A stretch of 64,000 nucleotides of DNA, from contig CM052816.1 in NCBI GenBank assembly GCA_028534125.1, positions 25,236,001 through 25,300,000 of the forward strand. Direction: 5' to 3'. The notes beneath the pieces are model-generated. The model was not told where the DNA came from. It made no database searches and was given only the letters and a program-made list of their open reading frames with translations. Below, piece by piece: positions 1 through 10,770 of this stretch (its first letter is position 1; each line of letters opens with the position of its first letter). The translations under genes were made by a program, and so were the position numbers. This stretch comes from Lama glama. Lineage: Eukaryota.

Positions 1-690
1 AATAAAGAAAAAATAACAACTTGACCACACCAAATGCTATCACGTATGTGAAGCACCTGGAACCCTGTGGAACTCTCATACATTGTTGGAGAGAATGACA
101 CAACCATTGTGGAAGTCTAATGAGCAATTTCTTTAAAAGCTAAACATACACTTACTACACACAATCCCACTCCTAGGAATTTATCCAGGAGAAATAAAAA
201 TATATATTCACACAAAAACCTGTGTGTGTGTGTGTGTGTGTATACATACTCAAAATGTCAAAATGCTTTATTCAGAAATACCTAAAACTGAAAGTTATTC
301 AAATACCCATGAACTGATGAATGACAAAGTATGGTACATCCATACAATGGAATACTACTTAGTAATAAAGTGGGAAAATGATTTATGTAAACACAGAGAT
401 GAAGTTCATGCAGACTCAAAAGGCAACATTCTGCATGATACTATTTATATGACATTGGGGAAAAGACTAAACCACAGTGACAAAAATCAAATCAGTGGTT
501 ACCATGGCAAGGGGAGGGGAGGAAACTGACCACAAAGGGACATGAGTAAAGATGATAGAGTGTTTGATACCTTTATCATGGAGGCAGTTACACAAGTATG
601 TATGTTTGTCACAATTCATAGAACTGTACACTAAAAAGAGAAAATTTATCTTAATGTAAATTTACATCAGTAAACTTAACTTGGAAAAAA
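1..690 (+). mobile_element. Old L1 3' end (L1MB/L1MC-like) with internal (TG)10 at 221-240
   Basis: L1 motifs caatcccactcctaggaatttatcc, atacaatggaatactact and tcatagaactgtacact; A-rich end. Confidence 0.85.
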
Positions 691-3600
691 GTCAGTCAAT
701 TAAGGATGAATGTGATATAATTTTTACGTTTGTTTTTAGTAGACAACTAGCAATCTGAGATCATTTAAATCACTAAAATTGGATTAGAGTGACTTGAGGC
801 TGTTATTGGTCCCTGCAACAGCTGGTCTATAACCAAATCAGTGTTTCTCATGGAAGGTAGACTTGAGGGTCCTAGCATTAGTGCACAGGTCTCCTAACCC
901 TTGGTGATCCCAACAGCTTTGCAAGTTGCCCATAAATTCTACTGACTTCTTAGCCTCCCACTTTCCTGTTGCAGAATTGGTAGTTGTCCTTAGGAGCAAC
1001 TGTCCCCAGATATTGGGCTCTGTTCTCTGGATTCCTTGTCTTTTTATTAATCTTATTTCTGCAATTCTTTGCTCTTTGATAGCTATCAGATATATTTATA
1101 CAGTTTTAATAGTAATATAATAATAATAAAAATAATTGTCCAGATTTTCTAGTCATTCTCGTTTTGAGAGTTGGTTTAATTTCACTATTCCATCATTCCA
1201 TAGGAGAGCTCTGCCATTTTCACCATTCATCTTCCAAGGCTGCCTTTGTGGTCACCATTTCTAATCAACAGCAAAAAAGTCGATGTTTAGAGCCAGAGCT
1301 TTTTGTTTTGTTTTGTTTTGTTTTGTTTCTTTTTGATCCATTGACATCCATTTGCTCACCTTCCATTGGGGAAAACTTAGTCTTGACTACCCACCTCTAT
1401 GGGAGCCTAAGAAATATAGTTGTAGATGCACAGCCCAGGAGGAATGAGAGACCAACCACCTTTGCCACATGAGGCCACCAAAGAATATTCTAAATTAATT
1501 GTTTTGTTCTTGTAACTCATTGACTCAGATCTCCTCTTCATTTGAACCTTTAGGATGGTAAATGTTTTTCCTTGTTATGCAGTATTTTTTCATATTCTTC
1601 ATGATAATCTTTAAAATTTATCCTGTAATAAAGAGATATTTGTCTGGGCTTACCCCTTTTATACTCTTATGGCTTCTGGCCTACTCCTCCTCCTAGAGAG
1701 AAGATCATGGTCAACTCCTAGTCTAATTTCCAGAATTTAGCAGGCTTTTGTCCACTCTAGTCCTAGTGATCTGGAGTGAATTCTTTGCTTGGTGCCCACC
1801 TGCATTTTCATTTTAATTCTGGACTGTGCAACGCCACCTCTCAAAGCAACCCACCAGCTCTCTGCCTGGATTTCTGTAAGTTTCAGTGGACCATCTCTTT
1901 TTGTTTGGAGTCAGAAATCACAGCTAGTGTGAAGGGAAGCGGGGACAATATTGTGCTGCTCCAGAATGTAGTACCCTTGATCCTGAGAACAGCTGTCTGG
2001 CTTTGTATTCGGAGTCAAGGGGGAAGCAGTAGGAAACGAATGAGGGACTTTAAATCATTTTTATTGGGCAGATTTCCATGGCTTGTAATTATACAGAACC
2101 TGGAAGTCATTTTATTTTTTGTTCTTTAAATTCTCAGATTGGAAAATCCTAGATCCAGTTCTGATTTTGGGGACAACATAAGAAGATTCATCCTTTCTGA
2201 ATTTTAAAGAAAATATTTTAGTGAGAAAATCACGATAAACCTAGTCAATGACTGCTTTCCACATACCATTTTAAATCAAAATACTGTGTTTGGCATATTT
2301 TGCATTGTATTGTTTTCATCATTTAATCTTGAATTATCTCTAGAAGAATTTCCAAATTCTTAAACCTTCTTCGGGTTTGAGAGCACTAAATTTAAGCCTC
2401 CGTAATGTCTGCAGTACTTGGACAAACAAAATAAACAGAATCAAGGGCATAGCATTACAACTGTGAATTGCGTTGTGCACTGAGAATGATTCACTATCCG
2501 GCAAGTCAAATGAATAATAAAGATGCATTAGAAATACTTTCTACTCATATCTGCACAAATTCAAATAACCATATCACAGATACCAGAGGCCACATTTTGG
2601 GTCAGTGACTGTTAAACTCTGGGTGCAAATTTTCAAGCATAAAAAGGGAAAAGAGAATTATATAACTATGAAACGTCTACTCCTGTGAAGATGTTTTGTT
2701 TAGTTTTTAAAATCAGTGATTCAATATGTTTTATTTGTGAAAAGGGGGGGAAAAATAAGAAGAGGTTAACCACTTAATGCATTCCAAAAAGAGGATGAAA
2801 ATGAAGCACGTTTTCAACTTTCATGGTTATTTGTGGGGCTATAACTGTACCCTCCAGAATAATCACTATAATTCATATATTATATAGTTACTCTCATCCT
2901 TTTGTGGAATAAAACATAATGATCCTTTCCACATCTGTATAAATAAACCTCCCCACCCTGTATCTCTACAAATCACTGTGACATAGCCCTCAAACTAGAC
3001 ACTTCATTAAATTGATGAGTAAATAAATTTTAAAAAAGAGTATCCATCCTTCCTAATTTATATGCTCCTTAAAGGTGTTATAAAACAAAACTTCCTTTAA
3101 CATTTCCAGGCACTCCACTCATCTAAATTAAATAAAATTCAAATACTTGATGGGTAGGATATGCTATTTATAATCATCTATCAATGACTGCTTCTTTTAC
3201 AAATGGCTAAACAACTCTCAAGTAAAACAAACAGAAAAGGGAAAGCTATGGATGCATTTTGCTTCTATACATACTGGCAGAATGCTGCCCTTATGTCTTA
3301 GAAGAGGAAATGCATATACAGCCAGAGAGAAGGAGATAGTTCTCATTTTCCTGTTTAAGTACAGTCTGTGTTGCTGTGTTTCCTCCATGTTTTTGCCTTT
3401 TACTTGGATTTTGTTTGTTTGCTCCTCTATGTGCTGGACATCGTGTTTTTCTTTTTAATGCTAATGGGATGTTCTTAAAAGGCTAAACTACAACAAAAAT
3501 ATTTAAGCTCTTGTCTTTATCTTTTCAGAACAATATCCCATTTCATTTTCTTAAATTCACTAGGCCTTAGCGGTTTTTTCCCACGTGTTCCTTGAAAAGG

Positions 3601-4999
3601 TTGGCAGATCTGGAATTTTATGAGGGGAACTGCGCTATGGGTTTCTTTTTTCAAATGATGCTTGAGGAGAAGGTTTTTCCCTCCACTGCTCTCCAGGTTC
3701 AGGTCACAAGCTCTCTTTTGCAGCATGTCAGGGGCCAATTATAGAGCACCTATTCAGCCAGAATGCCCTCTTGCTTCAGATGCTGCCGCTGTCTCTGAAT
3801 CTGCTGGGCTTTTAATGCGATGTTGAAATCGGCTCCTGCTTGACTCCTACAGCTGGTTTTGATTAGACCCCTCTAAAGAGGAAGTTTCAATTAGCACAGC
3901 TCCACATGTGCACTGGAGGTAGATTTTTATGACTACTCAACTAATAGCACTCTTTGTTCCTGGTGGTGTGTGACTCCTTAACAAACAGCCATTCGTGTGA
4001 GTCACCCAGTGACTTTATAGCAAGGCTCAGCTTTGCCAAAACCAGAAGAATGAGGCAGGCCAAATTGAATTAGTGGTTGAAACACATTAATTTATGCTAG
4101 ATAAATGTTATTGTGGTCCTGTGGGCAAGTGCGTAGGTCATAGGCTTTATGAACTATATGCAGCAAGAGGGCTTCGTGGCAGTAAATCAGCTCTCCAGCA
4201 GGACTTTACAAAGGACTTACAGCCACTTACTCTCTCCTGTTCCCTTAAATTGCTTCCGCCTTTCCCCCCTCCTATCACCACCGTCTTCCATGGAGACAGC
4301 TCACTATTTTGTACATGTTTTGTGATATTTAACATATGAGCAGTGGGATTAATGATTTGTCCTGGCTTTGCCTGACTGTGGTTGAGACGTGGCCATCTAT
4401 TATGCCTGTGGCCCTTGCCACAGGCAGCTGTGTGTTTATCATTCCAGACTGCAGATCTCAGTGGGTACAGAGCTCTGGCTTAACACCAGCTTCCGGAGTC
4501 CGTGCAGCTGTGCAGTAAATGGAAACCTTGATGCCTCAAACATAGCACACACAACCAAGTCCTGACAAGGCTGTTTCTCTTCTGGGGAGGAATTAGATCC
4601 ACTTAAGGCTGGATTATTTCTAGAGTAAAAAAGTAGAAATAAGTGTTTTCTGGCTGCAAATTGTGGCAAGTGAGAGATGATGCCAAGAAAGAATTATGCA
4701 GAAATGATAGTGTTTAAACTTGTTTTTATGTGTTTAGATGTGTCTCTGCCAAAAAACTGACAAGGCCTCTTTGTTGGCACTTTTTCAGAGAGAGACCACT
4801 CACACACTGAACATTTTCTTAATAAAGAAATAATTGTAAATCACTTGTGTCTAGGCAGGTGATAACCAGTTTACCTTAAACATGATCTCTTACAAAATCC
4901 AGGGAAAACAACTGGCTGGACAGAGTGATGAACTGCCACCCCCACCACTTCACAACCACCAAAAATGCCTGTGCATCAGTCAAAACCCTGGGAAATCTA

Positions 5000-5240
5000 G
5001 TGCAGTGCATGGCGGCATGAGCTTCAGAGAAGGTTTAAATACTGACTCTACCTCTCATTGGCTTTGTGATTTTGAGCAAGTTGCTGCTCCCTCTGTATCA
5101 TCACACGTAAAATAGAGATAATAGTCTTATCAACTTTTGCAGAGTGTTAAGATTAATGAAATTCATAAATGTAAACCATTAACTGAGTAAATGGGGTACA
5201 ATGTCAACTCTCATCAAATGATAGCTTTTATTAATTATTG
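5000..5240 (+). mobile_element. MIR SINE
   Basis: MIR core tgtgattttgagcaagtt...ctctgtatcatcacacgtaaaatagagataatagt. Confidence 0.7.
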
Positions 5241-5996
5241 TTGTTGTTATTATGATTGCTGCTGATCCAAAAGAAGAAAGTCTCTGCTTTCCGTTCAATT
5301 TCCCGGAAGCTTTCAGAAGAGCTAATGGTGCAGGAGAGGTTGCCTTTTCCTGGCATAATCTATCCTCACCTGAAGAATAGTCAAGCTATTATATTCTGTT
5401 CAGCCCATTGACCATGACCTATCTAACTTTTGGTCCTCCTCTACTCTGATGTTCGTTTTGCATGTTAGAAGACAACTACTGTGACACTTATCTTCATGAG
5501 GGCACACAAAACAGATGCTCATCCCATTTCTGGTGAATTGTTTTGTGTTGACAGATGCCCATGTGTATATGCTTATGACTATATGTATAGAATTCTCCAG
5601 GGTGAAACTTTCTCCAAAATTCACCATAAATTCCCAAGATTAGACAAGATCTCATTTTCAAATTAAAAAAAAAAAATGCTATTGCCCCTTTTGCACTGGC
5701 AAAGAAGAAAGAAAAACTGCAGTCTACCTGCAGTCAACCTACTTTTGGGCCTTTAAGCTTTCTGAATTAATTCAATCGTATGAATGTTGTTCTAGCTGAG
5801 TTCCCAACTAGAGCTCATTCAACTGTTTGAATTTAACCTATTGCTTGCTATGCAGCCATATTGTAGTTACTTGGCTGATTTAAAAAACAAAAACGTAAAT
5901 TTAGTCAAAACTTTCTAACCTGTCTGTGTGTGTATTGAGAAATTTTAAGTTGTCCTGCTCTCCATTTTTAATTGGACTTCCTTAAGACCAGATCCT

Positions 5997-6116
5997 GAGG
6001 GGGAGGGTATAGCTCAAGTGCTAGAGCACATGCTTTGCATGCTCCAGGTCTTGGGTTTAACCCCTAGTACCTCCTCTAAAAATAAGTAAACCTAATTACC
6101 CACCCCCCCAAAAAAA
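5997..6116 (+). mobile_element. tRNA-derived SINE, camelid Vic-1-like
   Basis: GGGGAGGGTATAGCTCAAGTG A-box head, degenerate B-box gggtttaaccc, A-tail; TSD cagatcct at 5989-5996 and 6117-6124. Confidence 0.85.
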
Positions 6117-6480
6117 CAGATCCTATGTCTTCTTAAACTGAAAAAAATGTCTGTAGTAGCCTTTTCAATATATACCTTCTGAATATTACATAAAATGATG
6201 TACAGAGCTTATTTTCTCATGGCCAATCTTAACTTCCTAAGTCATCAAAGAGAATTTTTCATCCTATGGGCTTTCTGCTGAGTTCCCAAGGAAAGTTACA
6301 GTCGTCACCACTTATCTGCAGGGGATGTGTTCCAAGCCTCCCTCCCCCAACTTCCATGAATGCCTGAAAGCTCAGATTGTACGGAACCACAGTAAGAAAT
6401 TAACAATAATAAATAGTAAAATAGAACAAATATAGCAATGTACTGTAATAAAAGTTACGTGAATGTGGTCTCAGATATCT

Positions 6481-6569
6481 CCCCCCCCCCTTTTTTTGTT
6501 TTATTGACGTACAGTCAGTTTACAATGTTGTATCAATTCTTGGTGTATAACAAGTTTCAGTCATACATA
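6481..6569 (-). mobile_element. Severely 5'-truncated L1 3' tail nested in MER44
   Basis: Minus strand reads ...acattgtaaactgactgtacgtcAATAAAacaaaaaaa; 9-bp TSD cagatatct at 6472-6480 and 6570-6578. Confidence 0.8.
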
Positions 6570-6831
6570 CAGATATCTTACTGCACAAATTTAATGCCTT
6601 CTCCATCTCAGCTAAGCATTTAAAATACACCTTGGCTGTAACTTTTGTAGTTTGAAGGGTGACAATAAAACTTCCACAGATTACTCTCTCCTTTTTCATC
6701 ATTTCACACATAGAAGATGTGTTCTTATTGTAGAGCTTAACCTCAGCACCGTAACTTTTTTTTTGCCTTATTAAGGCAAGAACTTTCACCTTTTCACTTA
6801 AAGGAAGCACTTCATGGCTTCTCTTTGGCAT
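6520..6831 (-). pseudogene. Tigger transposase N-terminal (HTH psq/CENP-B-type DNA-binding) remnant; open 103-aa ORF ending in the L1 insert
   Basis: MPKRSHEVLPLSEKVKVLALIRQKKS...MEKALNL resembles Tigger/TIGD N-termini; no DDE domain present. Confidence 0.75.
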
Positions 6832-6893
6832 ACTGAATTACCAGCATCACTGCTCTCCGGCTCTGGGACCATTAGTAAGTGAAGTAAGGGTTA

Positions 6894-7046
6894 CGTGAAC
6901 CGAAGCTGTATGATACCACTCGCTGATCTGATGACGCAAGCCCAGAAGTGACTGACGGCAGAGCACGCCAGTTGAGGGAGTGACTTACGGCCGATCGGGA
7001 CAGATTGCGCCTGCGCGAGATTTCGCCGCGCTCTTCAGGACGGCGC
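6894..7046. promoter_or_regulatory. CpG-retaining patch with NRF1-type site; candidate promoter
   Basis: 17 CpG counted in about 155 bp; TGCGCCTGCGCG at 7006-7017; two TGACG half-CRE sites. Confidence 0.5.
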
Positions 7047-7487
7047 ATAATTTAAAACTGAGGAATTGTTTCATCCTGGAATTTTCCATGGACTGTTTTC
7101 GGACCACTGTTAACCTTGGGTTAATTGAAACCACAGAAAGTGAATCTGTGAACTAGGGGGACTATTGTGAGTATAATCTAATGTGGAAATAGTTCATGGG
7201 CCTCAGTACCGAGGCTTTTCAAAAATCTGCTACTGTTGCTAATAAAACTCCACAAGAGCAGGGACGCTGTTCGTCTTATCACTCCCTAGTTTAGTTTCGG
7301 TGCCTGGAACTGTCTTCTGACGCATAAGCCCTGAAATATTGTATTTGTTCAAGTACTTCTTTAGTTAATGAAAAGTGTTTGAACAATAAACTTTTTTTCC
7401 CTTAAGTCCGCTTTCTACTTCAAGTCATGTTTTACTCTCATTTTTTTCTTCATTCAGATAAAACTTTTTTTTCTTCTTTAACCATGT

Positions 7488-7528
7488 TTTTTTGTTTGTT
7501 TTTGTTTTTGTTTTTGTTTTTGTTTTTT
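7488..7528. repeat. (TTTTTG)n simple repeat
   Basis: Read directly from the sequence. Confidence 0.85.
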
Positions 7529-10500
7529 GCTTTTTTACTATTGAAACCACCTTCCCAAGGATCATTTTCTAAGGGAAAAAAAAAATTGAAACTGATACTA
7601 TTAAGTTTTATGGTAAACGTGGTAAAATATGCCTAAGAATTGGTCTCGTGTCAAGGATACTGATTTTTAACCTACAACCAATAAATGTGATTTTTTTTGT
7701 GACACTTTCTGAGTAGCTCAATATGCTAAGACAAGTCCTGGTATATTAACAGACTGTAGTCCAGTGTGTATCATCACCAAGAACATCTGTCTGGGGCTGA
7801 GTCCGAGGGGTTCATAACTTTCCGTGGAGATGGCTAATCAATAAAAGTTTCATGCTCAGGATTTTGTACATTTTGTTAATTAGGTCAAAGCAATAGGCCT
7901 TAGTGGCAATTATTTAGACAGTGATGTAAAAAGATAGCCTGACAAACAAACCTCCATAATCCACTTAGGTCTCACAGAAGCCAAAGGGTTGGAAAAGCGT
8001 ATTAACAAGCTCCCTGCCTGTCTGTTTGGAGACGTTGTTAAATCGAGAGTCTCAGCACCTGAGGCAGTCTGTTAATAAAGATCGTTTGTAGCAGATTTCT
8101 GTTCTATTAAGAATGGACATAAAACAGCATAATTTAAAACATGTCAATAACTCAAGGCAAAAATGCCAAACATAGTCTGTTCTGTCTTCATAAAATGGAG
8201 CCAAGTATACACAAGGAAAGTGCCAGGAAGGCTTCTGCTGACTGAGTTTAGAGATTGTTCATGATGAATAATGTGATCCTTCAAGTTAAAACAACTTCGT
8301 GGGAGGGTGTCTCTGTGTCTTTTCTGCACTAAATGCAAGGGATCTTTTCTATTTAAGGGCCATTGAGATTCCTAACCTCCAGCCCTAGAAGATGCCTGGA
8401 AACCTGTGCCGTGTGCCAGCCTTGTGAACTCATAATAGCTCGTGAGTGTTTCATTTTTTCCCCCCTCTTTCTGTCTTTCTGAGTGGCATTTATCGGTTGT
8501 TTGGGAATAGATCTTTCTAGACACCAGGCTAGGGTTGGAATATCTTAGGAAGACTCACTAAAGAACTTAAAACTATGAAGCACCCATGTCACTCCTTATT
8601 TAATTAAAATGCTAGTCTCTTCAATGGCTGTGCTGTATTTTCAACGCAAAACAAAGGCCAGCGAGTCAATATTCCTGCAGCGTTTACCTGGCACTTATTG
8701 TATTACAATGGTAAAGGCTGATTGAAGGCATTGTCAGTGAATGCTTTCAGAGGATGAGAAGAGGACCTAGAAGGGATGGCAGAGCATTACTGAAGATGTG
8801 GACGAAACCCTGCCATGCTTAATAGGCCCCTAGATTAAAATTTAACATGCTGTGTCTCCCACACCAGGTTTGGGTGGATGGTTGAGTCTGAGTGATATTA
8901 TCTACTCTATTAGAAGGCCTCTCATGAACTGAGTGGTGGTTTTAATTAAATCCAGTAGGTTGAGAAGAGTGGTTTGGCAGTTTCAATTGATTTATTGTGT
9001 TCGTGACATCTGGGCCTGATTTATTGTATTGACTTGCAGAATTGTTTTTGGACACTCACCCTATGTATTTTCGTTCTGGTTGGAGGGACTCACAGCCTAT
9101 GAATATGTAGCATTTTCATTCTACTGTGATTTTAGATTTCTCTTTGTATTTTTCTTATTTTGGCAGGATGGTAAACTATTGAATTCATCTTGTTAAAAAT
9201 GTGATTGTCTGAAAGCTTGAGATTTTGTGTGCTTGAATAAGACTGCTTGAAAAGTAATGCTGGGTTGAAATTCATTATCATCATCCCACCTAAGCTTATG
9301 AGAGGAGAGAGAGAAATTGACAGTTTTTTTTTAAATTTAGTCTATAAATTGACAAACTATTTACTCCATGTTATTGTGCCTTTCTAAATTTTAAAGTTTG
9401 GATTTTAGATATAAATGTGAACACCCAAGTCATAGAGAGTTTGTTTTCAATTCTGAAAGCAGTGAGCATATTCAACTGGATATTACAGACAAGTGTCCCC
9501 CAACCCAAATCTTACTGCAGGCAAGTCAGTTTTAGAAAGTCTCCACTTCAAACTCCACGAAGTATGTGTAAGAAGGGGTGGGGAAAGAAGGGAGGGGAGA
9601 AAAGAGTCAATCTGCAATTTCTGCCAAAAGAGGAGGGCATAGAAGCCAGCAGGTCCCAATCAGCTGAATGCTTTGCTAGTGTACGAATGAGAGGTCACAA
9701 ATCCCAGATTACAGCCATCGTAATGATGTGCGGGGCTTCCAACATCATAGCTCTCTTTAGTTTCTACAGCTGGGGCCACTTAGCCCCTGGCTGAACCCCC
9801 AGCCAGGGTCCTGGGACAAATCAGGGAATGTAAGGAAGTCTAGGTAATGCTCTAAAGCAAATCAGCTTCAGGTTCACCAATGGCTTAGCTTGCTTTGACC
9901 TTCTGCCTCAGTACTAGAGGCTGGACACTGCCATTGTTCTTTGTAGTCTGCCACTAAATGAAGTTTAATCCACTTAGAATGGCTTCCTATTTTTCATTCT
10001 TGAACCCCTATCTCTGTCTCTGTAGACTACCTAGTTTGTCTTCATAAATTCCTTTCCAGAATGCCCACAGTTCTACATTGAGCCCAAAATTGGGATGGAC
10101 GTGATAGTAACTACCTATTGCCTGTGATGGACTCCACTGATGACCACATACTGTCCAGGTGTTTCTCTGTGGGCTATAGCTAGGTCTACCAGTTTAGTGC
10201 AGTCTGCCCCTTTAACTGGGCTATTATATAGGTGATTATACATCTTAAAACATAGCATGATCTTTAAGTCTTTCTTTAAAATGCTTAATTTTTTTTTCAT
10301 TTCCTTTTGTGGGGCTATCAGTTTAAATAGGAAATGATTGCTCATAGCTGTATCAGGTTGATTTGAAATTTTTACTATACTCCATGGTACCAGAGTTGCT
10401 TCAGATAACCTATGAACTAATTTAGTTTTCTGGGAGCTGTTTAGTGTAATTCTCCAAATTGGATGAGATGGGATATGGGAAAGGAAACTCAATCATAGGA

Positions 10501-10619
10501 GGTACTTACTGAACATTCACCTATATTTCAGACATAAACAGGCATGAAATTTTAGCCCAGCATAAAATCTTCTGGGAAAATTTCACCCACATCAAACTTA
10601 ACTAGGAAATAATGCCAAA

Positions 10620-10770
10620 TTTCTTTTTTTAAAACAGCTTTACTGAGATATAATTTATATATCATTAAATTCACTACATGTACAATTCAACGATTTTTAG
10701 TAAAATTTTACAAAATTTTACAGACTTCACCAAAATCCGAGTTCAGAACATTTTCATCACCCCAAAATAG
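10620..10770 (-). mobile_element. Short L1 3'-end fragment (L1MA/L1MB-like)
   Basis: ttttaaaacagctttactgagatataattt...agaacattttcatcacccca. Confidence 0.75.

Larger units (their letters stand above)
6299..7167 (-). mobile_element. MER44 (Tigger7-derived, TcMar-Tigger) DNA transposon deletion derivative
   Basis: TIRs CAGTCGTCACCACTTATCTGC and revcomp CAATAGTCCCCCTAGTTCAC; TA at 6297-6298; transposase N-terminal peptide on the minus strand. Confidence 0.85.

Noticed and set aside
5997..6075. tRNA gene
   Set aside because: The degenerate B-box, SINE tail, poly(A) and TSD show it is a SINE.
9640..9870. Possible ancient tRNA-derived SINE (MamSINE-like)
   Set aside because: The similarity is too weak to call by eye.
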